A stretch of 64,000 nucleotides of DNA. It comes from Octopus vulgaris (lineage: Eukaryota). Location of the stretch: NCBI GenBank assembly GCA_951406725.2, contig OX597823.1:33914001-33978000 (forward strand), read 5' to 3'. The notes under the pieces are model-generated. The model was not told the DNA's origin, searched no databases, and worked only from the letters and a program-made list of their open reading frames with translations. Made by a program: the position numbers and the translations under genes. Positions within the stretch are counted from its first letter, which is position 1, and each line of letters begins with the position of its first letter. Shown piece after piece: positions 41,597 through 53,598 of this stretch.

Positions 41597-42356
41597 AAGC
41601 ATATCATATTTCATGACACAGACCCTAATTAGTCCCCTCACATACAAGTTCATTCATTTAAAAACCTACTTCTGTTAGTAAATGATGACAATGGCTGGCA
41701 TCTTGATAAAATGAAGTTCAAATCGAAATGTCTGAACATTGATTTGTTTTGATTTCCAGAGAATTTCAAATGAGCTTTTCTTTCCTTTTATTTTTTCCTC
41801 TCGTAGTTATTAGGTATCAAGGAAAAAGTTTGAAAACTTTTCTAATGTTGATGGCGGTTAAGATTATGGATGTTTTTCGAAAGGTTAGAGAGACTATCAT
41901 AGCGGTTCAGTGGAAAGGTTGACATCAGCGTTAGATGCTGAAAACAGAGATGTCAGCTTGCATGTTATCAATTATTAGTCTTTAGTATTTCAGCAGAGTA
42001 TGAGCAAATGTGTCAAACATCTGTAGGATACTGAGAGGTGGGGAGGTGAGGGGGAGAGGGAGGAGGGTGTGTTTAGGACAAGAGTTTCATATGATGATTA
42101 TCTTTGCCTAAATTCAATGGTCTTTACATCTGATGGTGTTGGGTTGGTTTGAAGTTGAATACATACACTTGTGTGTGTGTGTGTGTAATATTTTTTTATG
42201 GACGGTTATATGTAAAAACAGTCAAACATTTATTGAAGTATCAACCAAGTATGACAAAGCCAAGAGCCAGCAAAACACACAAACTACTGTTAGACTTTAC
42301 TTTGTAAGTGTGTGTGTGTGGAGTTTTATTTCTCTCTCTCTCTCTGTATGTATGTG

Positions 42357-42399
<43 letters not shown>

Positions 42400-42429
42400 A
42401 GGGATGTACATGTGTGTGTGTATGTATAT

Positions 42430-43095
42430 ATGGCAGAATTGTGAATGTGTTGGCAAAAATGCCTTGCTTTGTGATAATTTTGCAACAGTTTATTTCTTGA
42501 GATCAAATCCTGCCAAGACCAGCTTTGCCTTTTATCATTTCAAGCTCAATCAAATAGGAGATTAGTCAAGAACTGGGGCCGATGCAACTGACTAACCCTC
42601 AACTCCCCAGAAGATCACTGGTATTGAAGCTAAATTTAAGGTGTTGAACAGCTGAAGCATTAAAGAGTTCAAAAAAATACTTCGCTGTATTTCTTTCAAC
42701 TCTTTATGGCTTGAGTTCAAATCTTGCTTAGGTTAGCTTTGCTTTTCATCTTAGTTTAAACCCACATCCTGAATTGCTGGCTTTGTGCCTGGTTCAGAAA
42801 CAATTATTACTGTTACTAATTAATATTTTTAATATTGTAAAGGCAGCAAGTTGGCAGAATCGTTAGCTCACTGGACAAAATGATTAGCAGTATTTTGTCC
42901 ACCTTGACATTTTGAGTTTAAATTCCACTGAGGTCGACTTTGCCTTTCATCCTTTTGGGGTGGATAAATTAAGTACCAGTTGTGTAGTGAGTCGACCTAA
43001 TTGACTGCCCCCACTGCTCCCCAAAATTCAGGCCTTGTGCCTATAGTAGAAAGGATTACGCACTGGGGTCAATGTAATCGACTGGTCCCCTCTTC
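42430..43095 (+). mobile_element. cluster of three tandem Nin-domain SINEs (family D)
   Basis: GAGTTCAAAT..GACTTTGCCTTTCATCC motif near 42500, 42715 and 42915. Confidence 0.75.
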
Positions 43096-43097
43096 CA

Positions 43098-43435
43098 GGT
43101 ATGCGATAAGGAAGAAAGAAAAGTGGAGAGATATGACAGGTTAGCTTGGGAAGTTAAGCAGTTGTGGTCAATGAAAAAGATAGTAGTAGTACCAATAATT
43201 GTTGGAGCCCTGGGAACAGTGAGCAAAAATCTCAAGAAGCATGTGGAACAAATATGGGCTACAATAAGGGTGGAGCACTTGCAGAAAACAGCACTGCTTG
43301 GAACCACTCAAATACTCCAGAAGGAACTTGAAAAATAAGAGGTATTACTTTAGTTTACTAGTAGTGAACAGCTGACACCATAGTACATCTCCAGCGTTAG
43401 AAGCTGTGCAAGGGCAATAAGTAATAATAATAATA
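43098..43435 (+). pseudogene. R4/Dong LINE extreme 3' end with (TAA)n tail
   Basis: ORF 43123-43338 YDRLAWEVKQLW..VVPIIVGALGTV..LQKTALLGTTQIL, then a short UTR and TAA repeats. Confidence 0.85.
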
Positions 43436-43666
43436 ATGATTTCAAATTTTGGCACAAGGCCAGCAATTTTAGGGAGGGAGAAAGTTGCTGACATTGACCC
43501 CAGCCCACAACTGGTACTTATTTTATTGATCCCAAAAGTATGAAAGGCAAACTCAACCTTAGCAAAATTTGAGCTTGGAATGTGAAGTATTTTGCATAAT
43601 ATGCTAGTTCAATGCCTTAATAATGATGATGATGATGATGTCAACGACGATAACAATAACAACAAC

Positions 43667-43698
<32 letters not shown>

Positions 43699-43699
<1 letters not shown>

Positions 43700-45735
43700 T
43701 GGTAGATAAAGCAATTAAGAGTATAAAGGCAGGGAAAGCTCCCAGCCCATCAGGAATCACTGCAAAGATGCTCAAAATATTTGGTGTCAGCTATAGCCTA
43801 GTCACCCTTGTAGTTAACCAGGTGATACATGAAGGAGTCATACCCAATGACTGGTGTAGCAGCATAATAGTCAACTGCTACAAAGGTAAAGGTGACGCTT
43901 TAGATACAAATAATTACAGAGGTATCAAGTTGATGGATCAGGTAATGAAGGTCACGGAGAGGGTCATAGCCCAACTAATTAGGGAGAGAGTCAGTTTAGA
44001 GGAGATGCAGTTTGGCTTCATGCCAGGGAAAAGCACCACTGATGCTATATTTCTAGCCAAAGATAAACCTCTGTACCTGGCTTTCGTTGACATGAAGATA
44101 GCCTTTGACAGGATACCCCAATCCCCTATCTGGTGGTCAATGAGGAAACCAGGGATAGATAAATGGTTAGCGAGAGCTGTGCGAGCCATGTACAGAGATG
44201 CTGTCAGTAAGGTGAGGGTACAGTGAAAAATTCCGGGTAGAGGTACGGGTCCACTAAGGCTCAGCCCTCAGCCCCCTCCTATTTATCATAGTTCTCCAGG
44301 CAATAACAGAGGAATTCAAGACAGGATGCTCCTGGGAGCTCCTCTATGCTGATGATCTTGCTCTAATTGCTGAGTCACTATCAGAACTAGAGGAGAAGTT
44401 TCAGGTGTGGAAGCAAGGATTAGTATCGAAGGGCCTTAGAGTCAACCTAGCTAAAACAAAAGTCCTAATAAGTAGGAAGGCAAGCAAACCACAAAACCCT
44501 TCAGGCAGATGGCTCTGCTCGATCTGTAGAAAAGGCATAGGTAGAAACTCTATAAGATGCACCCAGTGTAAGCTACAGACACATAAGAGGTGCAGCAATA
44601 TCAAAGGAAGGCTAACTGGGTAGATAGTTTTTGTATGTGGCAGATGCTCAGGAGAAATAAACACTGAAAATGTGCAGAGAACAACTTCTGCCACATCCCA
44701 GGGAGAAAAACTAGAAGTAGTTGATAGCTTCCGTTACCTAGGTGACCAAGTCAGTAGCAGGGTGGGTGCTGTGAAAGTTTAGCTGCAAGAATAAGAATAG
44801 CCTGGGCAAAGTTCAGAGAGCCCTTACCTCAGCTGGTGACAAATGGCCTCTCGCTCAGAGTAAAAGGTAGACTGTATGATGCATGTTTACAAACAGCCAT
44901 GCTACATGGCAGTGAAACATGGGCCGTAACTGCTGAGGACATGTATAAGCTTGCAAGGAACGAAGCCAGTATGCTCCACGAGATGTGTAATGTCAGTGTG
45001 CATACTCAACTGAGTGTAAGTACCTTCAGAGAAAAGTTGGACCTAAGAAGCATCAGCTACGGTGTGCAAGAGAGTTGACTGCGCTGGTATGCTCATGTGG
45101 TGAGAATGGATGAGGATAGCTGTGTGAAAAAGTGTCACACCCTAGCAGTTGAGGGAATCTGTAGAAGAGGTAGACCCAGGAAGACCTGAGATGGGGTGGT
45201 GAAGTACGACCTTTGAACATTAGGCCTCACCAAGGCAATGACTAATGACCGAGACCTTTGCAGATATGCTGTGTTTGAGAAGATCTGGCAAGCCAAGTGA
45301 GACCATAACCGAGCATGATTGTTGCCAGGGCTGCTGACTGGCTCCCGTGCTAGTGGCATATAAAAAGCACCATTCAAGCGTGATCATTATCAGCATCGGC
45401 TCACTGGGACTTGTGCCAGTGGCACGTGAAAAACAACATTCGAGTGAGATCATTGCCAGTGCCACTGGACTGGCTCCTGAGCAGGTGGCACATCAAAACA
45501 CCATTTGCGCATGGCCGTTGCCAGTACTGCCTGACTGTCCCTCATGCCAGTGGCACATAAAAGCACCCACTACACTCTTGGAGTGGTTGGCATTAGGAAG
45601 GGTATTCAGCTGTAGAAAATTTGCAAGATCAGATTGGAGCCTAGTGCAGCCATCTGGCTCGCCAGTTCTCAGTCAAACCGTCCAACTCATGCCAGCATGG
45701 AAAGCGGATTTTAAACGATAATGATGATGATGATG
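43699..45735 (+). mobile_element. 5'-truncated RTE LINE (reverse transcriptase pseudogene to 3' tail)
   Basis: GKAPSPSG, NYRGIKL, QFGFMPGKSTTDAIF, FVDMKIAFD, ELLYADDL (about 44335-44360), YLG and LHGSETW. Several stops and frameshifts. (GAT)n tail. Confidence 0.95.
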
Positions 45736-45764
45736 AATAACAGAATAACAGGAATAGCAGCAGA

Positions 45765-46260
45765 AAAAAGATGGTAAGGGTACATGCCAGAAAAGGTTGC
45801 AGAAAATGAGAAAGCAACCATACTCTGGGATATGCCAATATACACAGATAGAGAAATTCAGGCCAATAGGCTGGTTATAGTTGTCAGAGATGATCAAGAA
45901 AAAAATGCTTTCTAATCGATGTATCAATACCAACAGATGACAATGTTTCTCTAAAAGAAATGGAGAAACTTTCAAAATACAAAGATCTGGAAATAGAGGT
46001 AACTTGAATGTAGAGCCTAAAAACAGAAACAATTCCTATCATAGTAGGCATATTAGGTATGATAAAAAAACATTCAGACAAATACATAACAAAAACACCA
46101 GGACTAACAAGTATATATAACATACAGAAAATAGCACTCCTAGGCACTGCACACGTCCTATGTAAAACACTTTCAATACAGTGGAAATAAGAGCACCACC
46201 ACAAACCATGGCACATATGCAAGGCACACAGGGCCACTCTTTTGTAGTATAGTAAAAGCA
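45765..46260 (+). pseudogene. R4/Dong-type restriction-like endonuclease domain fragment
   Basis: PEKVAENEKATILWDMPIYTDREIQANR, CFLIDVSIPTDDNVSLKEMEKLSKYKDLEIE, IPIIVGILG and IQKIALLGTAHVL. Confidence 0.85.
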
Positions 46261-46287
46261 AGTGATAACAATAGAATTACTGAACAA

Positions 46288-46470
46288 CAGTTCTATATTT
46301 AAGAGATGAGGAATTATGTACATTATTTACATTTGACGGATATTTGTCCTCATCTTGTTTGTTGTTAATGCAACATTTTGGCTGATATACCTTCCAGCCA
46401 TCATCAGGTGTATTGCAGAAATTTCAAGCCTGGGTTCTCATTCCTAAGGTATTTTTTGATGTTGTTGTTA
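46288..46470 (-). mobile_element. 3' half of hammerhead-bearing SINE (family P4), head missing
   Basis: Homologous to 50047-50330. Decayed hammerhead at 46368-46411 (CUGAUGA-U-GGCUG..CAGCC-AAAA-U-GUU). Confidence 0.7.
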
Positions 46471-46494
46471 TCATCATCATCATCATCATCATCA

Positions 46495-46702
46495 AGGCAG
46501 CGAGCTGGCAGAATCATTAAGGCACCGGGTGAAAAGCTTAGCGGTATTTCGTCTGCCACTACATACTGAGTTCAAATTCTACCACGGTTGACTTTACCTT
46601 TCGTCCTTTCAAGGTCAATAAATTAAGTGCCAGTTGCATACTGAGATCGATGTGCTCCCCCTCCTCACAAAATCCAGGCTGTGTGCCTATAGTAGAAAGG
46701 AT
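46495..46702 (+). mobile_element. Nin-domain SINE (family D) with (ATT)n tail
   Basis: AGCTGGCAGAATC head, GAGTTCAAATTC B box and Nin-like core. Colinear with 42841-43057. Confidence 0.8.
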
Positions 46703-46722
46703 GATCATCGCCATCATCATCA

Positions 46723-46786
<64 letters not shown>

Positions 46787-47821
46787 CATCATCATCAATG
46801 AATTCTTCAGTTGTACCCAATATATTTGACTTTATCTCCTGTTAAATCACTGAACGTGTTTCCTAAAGTGTGTTCTCCATTAACTGCACATTGCTTTTAG
46901 CTGAACAATGAAGATAACTTGCTTCTCCAAATGTACTTTAAAAAAAAGATGTCTACACCTACTTAACCAAAGAATTTCCTAAACTTTTTATTCTGCTTCC
47001 ATGACACAATCTAAACTTTGCCAATATTATTTGTTTGTTTTTCTTTTCTTTTTTTGCATTAGACTGTCAAAACGCTAAGTGACATTGATGTGGCACTCTG
47101 TATTACCACAGTGTTCATATGTCAACAATTAGCACAAATTATTTCAAATTAATATTATGTGTGTCTTGTTAATCTCTGTAAAATAATTGCCAGTATAAAT
47201 GTTGGTTGGTTGGTTGGTTGTTTTCTTCAATCATGCTGTACATCATACAGAGAGAAGAAAAAGAGAGACTAAAAGAGAGATATGGAGAGTTAGTACAAGA
47301 GATACAGGAGGATTGTACATATAGGTTTGGTGACAGGCAATGAATAAAAGAACACTACACAGACAAAAAAGAATCATACAAACAGATTAGGAGAGTGAGT
47401 AAATGATACAGTTGGTATGAAAGGAGTCCCACAAATAACAAATTTATATTTTATTTGATTTTAAGGTAATAAGTTTGTTTCTTTTGGTAATTGGTATTCA
47501 TTTCCTCATTTTGTTTAAGCACCAAGGAATTTGATAAAAACTTGAACCGTAATTATTGTATGCCACATTTCTTGTTATTACTCATGTTGGAAAATGTATA
47601 CTTTCAAACATATCTCTCATATGATGGGTAATGTTCTAGAAATTCAATATTTGGTGTGTTGTCCATTAGTCAAATTTCATCAACCACTGACACTCCTCTC
47701 GTGTTTACGTTTTATTTTGGTGCAAAACAAAAGAAAATCTTTGCTTTTACTTGACAATGACTGACAGTAGTTAGAGAAAGAATCTGGCGGAAGTGAAGGA
47801 CTAATGTTATCTAGAATGGGC

Positions 47822-48270
47822 AAGTGGTTGCTAGTAGAATCATTAGAGCATCAGACAAAATCCTTAACAACATTTCTTACAGCTCTTCGAATTCTGAGTT
47901 CAAATCCTGCCATGGTCAACATTATCATTCATCTGTCTTAGTAAATAAAATAGAGTACCGGTCAAGTACTGAGGTTGATGATATCAACTAAGCACCCCAC
48001 CCCCATCAAAATTGCCAGCCTTGTGCCTATATCACAGAAACTATTTTTATTAAAAGCTGCTCGAATCATTAGCACGTCAGACAAAATAATTTGTGGCATT
48101 TCCTTTGGCTCCTTACATTCTGGGTTCAAATACCACTGAGGACAACTTTGCCTTTAATTCTTTTGAAGTCAATAAAACAAAATCTCAGTTATGAACTGAG
48201 TCGATGCTGTCGACTACCCACCACACACACAAATTCTTGATTTTAAACCAAACTTTGAAACAATTATCAG
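47822..48270 (+). mobile_element. two tandem diverged family D SINEs
   Basis: GAATCATTAG..CAGACAAAAT..TTCTG.GTTCAAAT occurs twice. Confidence 0.7.
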
Positions 48271-48685
48271 GAATGTAATATTGCATGATTTTGATTTATT
48301 TGCTGCCATCTGAGACCATTCTTGGTTCTTTGATACTAATTTCCTATTTTGCAGGGATTTAAGTTAAAACCTTGCATCAAAATTTCATGTTAATTTGTTC
48401 TAAACACCATCTGAATAATGATGGCAATTATTCCACTAAATTCTTCATTTATTTCAAATTAATACAAATGACAGCAAAGGCAGTGTATTTCAGTGAAAAT
48501 GTAGTAAGCAAAGGGGTTAAGACCACATGATTCCGTCCAATCATAATAAATTTGGAAGACACATGGCCTGTGTGTTTCTAAAACAACAACAGTAACACCT
48601 TGGTCTCTTTGAATCAGTGTTGCCTGATCAAAATATACCCCAAAACATTGAAATGTAAGGTGCCAGTGAGCTGACAGACAATAAA

Positions 48686-48938
48686 AATAATAAATGTGCC
48701 CTTTTAAAGCCTAGCCAGGCTCATGGGCCCAGTTTCCTGGTTTCAATAGCATATGTGTTCCCCAGCTGGACCGGACACCAGTCCATTGCAGCATTACTCA
48801 TTTTTGCCAGCTGAGTGGACTGGAGCAACATGAAATGAATTGTTTTGCTCAAGAACACAACGCGTCGCCCGGTCCAGGTATCGAAACTACAATCTTACGA
48901 CCATGCTGACACCCTAACCACTAAACCACGTGCCTGCT
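48686..48938 (-). mobile_element. SINE family B, full length, with 15-bp target-site duplication
   Basis: CTGACAGACAATAAA at 48671-48685 and 48939-48953. tRNA-like head TGGTTTAGTGG..GTTTCGATACC. Confidence 0.9.
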
Positions 48939-49084
48939 CTGACAGACAATAAAGGAAATAATTTGGTACGAATAAAGAATCATTTCCCCTCACATGTAGG
49001 AATTTGTGGGGAGGAATTAAAGGAATTGTTTTGGATACTTGAGGTCCTCCTTTGACAATTCATCATGAGCCAGGTGCTAGGGGT

Positions 49085-49480
49085 TAACTGACCAAGATTC
49101 TCCAATTCCTCTTATCTTATGCAGCATGCATATACTCAGCCAGGTTCTTGTTTCCAGTCCATTCTTTGATGTTGTTAGTCCACAAATGACTTTAACAGAA
49201 TCTTGCTCTCTTCCCCTCCATACTTCCTGTCACGATGGTCTAAAGAAGTGACTTATAGTGCATTGTATATCCAAAATACAATAGCTTTGTGAACTCAATT
49301 CTCAACTGTTGGTGTCTTTGGACTGCAGACGTTGGTTTCTCTAACTTTCCAGCTTATTCTTTCCAGTCTGTAAAAGATTCACGTCGCAAAGCATCTATTT
49401 TCTTCTCCATTGCTCTGTACATTGTCCAAGTAGGTGCCCAATGGAAGACAGCTGGCATAATATAACAGTTGGATAATTAT
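49085..49480 (-). pseudogene. ancient RTE/BovB-like C-terminal fragment
   Basis: KIDA..RISWKVRETN and IVTGSMEGKRAR..WTNNIKEWTG remnants. Confidence 0.6.
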
Positions 49481-50046
49481 ATAAACTATAAAATTCTTAA
49501 AACATCATAATCATTATCATCCTCATTGTCTTTTAACATCTACCTACCATGTTGGCATGGGTTAGAGATGTTATCATGTTCTGCATTAGTTCATGTTTAG
49601 AGTTTAAGTTTGACACCTAAATGTCTTTATGGTGTCCAATGAAGTTATGAACATTATTTCATATTCATTATTCGATATGTTCATGAAACTTTGATAAGAT
49701 TTCCGAGTTACAAAATAAGGGGCAGTTGATTTTAGTTAGTGTTACTCTGAGATCCTTTTAAAATCTGGCCTGGAAACAAACAAGACTCTCCCACACAAAT
49801 TGAAGTCATTAAGAACTACAAACATCATTAATCTTTGAAATGAACAGCTAAAGATAATTTTGTATGTCACAACTCTCTTGATAATTGTTGTATCTTTTGG
49901 AAAAACTACAAGTTATTTGCCAAAGATATTTCATTTCATTAATATTCGACCATGCAAATGCTAAACTACCACCAGTGATTATTGTCTGACTTAAGCTATT
50001 GTTGGTGACAACTGAGAGAAATTTCTCTTTGGTTAGCTGTGTTGTT

Positions 50047-50469
50047 CAGTTCTATATTTAAGAGATGAGGAATTATGTACATTATTTACATTTGATGGAT
50101 ATTTGTCGTCATCCAGCTGTAGAAACACTGCCAGATCAAACTGGAGCCTGGTGCAGCCTCCTGAGCATGGAAAACGGACGTTAAACGATGATGATGATGA
50201 TGATGATGATGATCTTGTTTGTTGCTAACACATGTTTCAGCTGATATACCCTCCAGCCTTCATCAGGTGTCTTGGGGAAATTTCGAACCTGGGTTCTCAT
50301 TCCTAAGATATTTTTCAATGATAATATTATTATTATTATTATTATTATTACTCAGGTCACTGCCTGGAATCGAACTCGGAATCTTGGGGTTAGTAGCCTG
50401 TGCTCTTAACCACTATGCCATATGCCCATAGGCATATGAGGACAAACATCTGTCAAATGTAAATAATGT
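50047..50469 (-). mobile_element. tRNA-headed SINE with hammerhead tail and 5' inverted segment (family P4), interrupted by an RTE tail
   Basis: Head 50428-50351 (TGGCATAGTGG; GAGTTCGATTCC), then (TAA)n, then hammerhead 50270-50228. 50436-50469 inverts 50079-50112. Confidence 0.78.
50228..50270 (-). ncRNA. minimal hammerhead motif, partly decayed
   Basis: ACAC-CUGAUGA-A-GGCUG(GAGGGUAUAU)CAGCU-GAAA-C-AU-GUGU. Confidence 0.62.
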
Positions 50470-50750
50470 GTTGTTGTTACCATCATATTCTTAGTCTCCT
50501 TTATTGTTGTTCATATTCATCCTCAATGCAAATGTCTGACTTTACACACAATACAGCGCAGAACTGCAGCAGTTAGCCAGTCCTGTAATATATGATACTA
50601 CGAGAATCATACTGATTTTGTTTACATTAATTTTGAAGGAAGTGCACCAGTTTTGAATCTAATGGAGAAAACCCCTCTCCTACCATTTATTTTTGCTCTG
50701 TAACAGAATCATTGCAGGACTCAACTTTCCATTAATAAATTTTCAACAAG

Positions 50751-50935
50751 ATGGCATAGTGGTTAACATATGGTGTAGTGGTTAACATATGGCGTAGTGG
50801 TTAAGAGCGCGGGCTACTAACCCCAAGGTTCCAAGTTCAATTCCAGGCAGTGACCTAATAATAATAATAGTAATAATAATAATAATTATAATTATAATAA
50901 CAACAACATCGAAAAATACCTTAGGAATGAGAACC
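50751..50935 (+). mobile_element. 5' half of family P4 SINE with triplicated A-box segment
   Basis: (CAT)ATGGYRTAGTGGTTAA three times, tRNA-like body, (TAA)n. Truncated at GAGAACC. Confidence 0.8.
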
Positions 50936-51446
50936 AAAGCCTTTTTCCATTTTATAAAGTACTTCCTGGACAATAAGAAAGTTTCTTCAGTTTTATATAG
51001 CACCTCTCATGCTATATAAAACTGATGTTAAACTGATGAAATCCTTACCACTCTATGCTAACAAAGAATTACTGAATCTCAATATTTCAACCAGATTAAA
51101 TGCTTACCATTTAACCATTGGTCCAGTCGTTTGCTGCTACTTGTTAGACACCAAGGGACCAATGAGGGAGCTTCTACAGATTTATGCAACCTGCTTGAGA
51201 TAGCAGCTAAATCTTATTTGAATCATACCCTACTGTCTTAAATAAAAGGACACCTTAGAGAATATAGTCCTAGATGGACTGTGTACGACTCAAAGGCAGG
51301 ATGCTTAGGATTAAGGCATATTTTGATAACAGATCTTCAGGTGTAGGACTGACCTGATGTTAGTTGCAACAAAATTTTTCACAAGGTGGATTTAGCCACC
51401 AAGTAGGGAACAAACTCATATAATAGCAATTGATCTTTCAAGGCTT

Positions 51447-51447
51447 T

Positions 51448-51520
<73 letters not shown>

Positions 51521-52105
51521 TAGTCTCAGTGTATGTCTTGCATACTATTAATTTCTAAAAACACCTTTTACCATCTCACTCACTACATCCACCACTCTTT
51601 CATCATTTGTTACCATTAATTCCACCTCCTTTCTTCCGCCTCCTCCCCTCCTCTCCACCCTCCTCCTCCTCTTCCTCATCATCATCCCCATTACCACCAC
51701 CACCACCATCATCACCATCATCATCATCACTACATCTAATATCCCTCTGGGAAAGGAAGCTCAACACATTTCTCCCCTAAAACTTCTTCATGCTGTTTTA
51801 AGAAACCATTTTCTTGTCTTTTCTTCTCTAACCTTTCCACTGACACTTCTTCCTCCCTCTCCACCTCACTCCTTCATCCCCTCCTCCCTTTTCTTCTCTC
51901 TCTCTCTCTCTCTCACATACACACATACGCACACACCTTCAGTGTTTAGTATTTCAGGCTAGATCAGCCTCTCTCTCCCTTTCTCTCTCTCTCTCCTCTC
52001 CTCCCCTTCACACCAAACCTTCCTAGTTAATGCACAAAAGGCAGACAAGCCTCTGCTTTCTTTATGCATGATAACAAACTGGACTTAAGAGTTACTGGTG
52101 AAGGA

Positions 52106-52136
<31 letters not shown>

Positions 52137-52270
52137 GTGGTGATGGTGATGATGATGGTGGTGGTGGTGGTGGTGGTGGTGGTGGTGATGGTGGTGGTGT
52201 GTGGTGGTGGTGGTGGTGGTGGTGGTGGTGGTGGTGGTGGTGGTGGTGATGATGATGATGAAGAAGAAGA
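51447..52270. repeat. cluster of (CT)n, (CCA/CAT)n and (GAT)n(GGT)n simple repeats
   Basis: Directly visible. Source of the poly-H/P/G/W/M ORFs. Confidence 0.92.
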
Positions 52271-53294
52271 AAATATATATACACACATATATATTTATAT
52301 ATATCAGCGTTGTCATTTAATGTCCATTGTCCATGCTGGCATGGGTTGGATGGTTTGACCAGGGCTGGTTAGCTGAAAGGCTGCACCAAACTCCAGTCTG
52401 ATTTGGCATGGTTTCTATGGCTGGATGCCCTTCCTAACACCAGCCACTTTACAGAGTGTATTGGGTGCTTTTATATGGAACCACAAAGGTGCCATTATGT
52501 GGCAATGAACTGTCACTTTTATGCGATGTTGCATGGGTACTTTTTATATAAGTATTCACTTTAGGTCTGTCTTTCCCTGCCAGCATGTATTAGATGAATA
52601 TATTACTAAAGCATTGTTTTACAGCCATATGCCCTTCCTGTCACTAACCTTTTCCTTCTTTGTCAAATAAGGGAGTAAGGGAGTGCATCTTCTTATACCC
52701 ATTACTAATTGTTGATTTTGACTCTTCTATCTCTTTTCAGTACCTCCCCAATCAACTCCAACCTCGCTCTCTTCCATGATCATAATTGTGGGAATGAAAC
52801 TTGCTTAGGGAGTGTAAACCCAGGTCCAAATAATAATAAATATTATTATTATTTGTGGATCCTTCAAATCAGACAAATCCAATAATGAAAGAGAAATACT
52901 TCAAATTAGTCCATTTTGAACCTCAAAGGTTTGAACCCTGGCACTTGCCATCATGTCTATCTTGCTCTTCCTTTACTCGACCATCCCATTTATACTCTGA
53001 TCCCTGTCCCTTGTGAATATGCCCAGCACTTTGCCACCATCTCTATCCTGCTGTCTCCCACTCCCTCTCTCCTTCTCCTACACTTCCTTCTGGTTGGTTA
53101 ACCATGTTTTTCCTTTGATCTCTCTCTCTCTCTCTCTCTCCCTCTCTCTGGCTGGGTAACCTTGTACCTTCTCTACAGCAAGACACCTGTTTCTGTCTCT
53201 CTGTCTCACTATAAACCTTTAATCATCCAACACAAGATCACCTCTTGCAATTCCCCCTCCCATCTCAAAAGAGATTTTTTTGTCTTGCAAGTAC

Positions 53295-53598
53295 ATGGTG
53301 ACCCCGTTAGTGCAGGTGCCACTTAAAAGCACCCAGTCCACACTGTAAAGTGGTTGATGTTTGGAAGGGCATCCAGCTGTAAAAACCTTGCCAAAATTGA
53401 CCTTGCCTGTGCTTGTGCCATGTAAAAAGCACTAAGTCCACCCTGCTGAATGGTTGGTGTTACGAATGGCATTCAGGTGTGAAAAATCCTGCCAAAACAT
53501 TCACAGAAGTCTGGTGCAGGCTTCTGCTTGGTGGGCTCCTATCAAACCGTCCTACCCATGCCAGCATGGCAGGTAGATGTTAAGCAATGATGATGATG
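53295..53598 (+). mobile_element. RTE 3' tail with internal duplication of about 100 bp
   Basis: AAAAGCAC..GTCCAC..TGGTTG.TGTT..GGCAT.CAG..TGCCAAAA occurs twice, then CCATGCCAGCATGG-(GAT)n. Confidence 0.75.

Noticed and set aside
52027-52358. Poly-His/Pro/Gly/Trp ORFs (also 54369-54863 and 10848-11180)
   Set aside because: GAT/GGT trinucleotide tracts, open in several frames on both strands.
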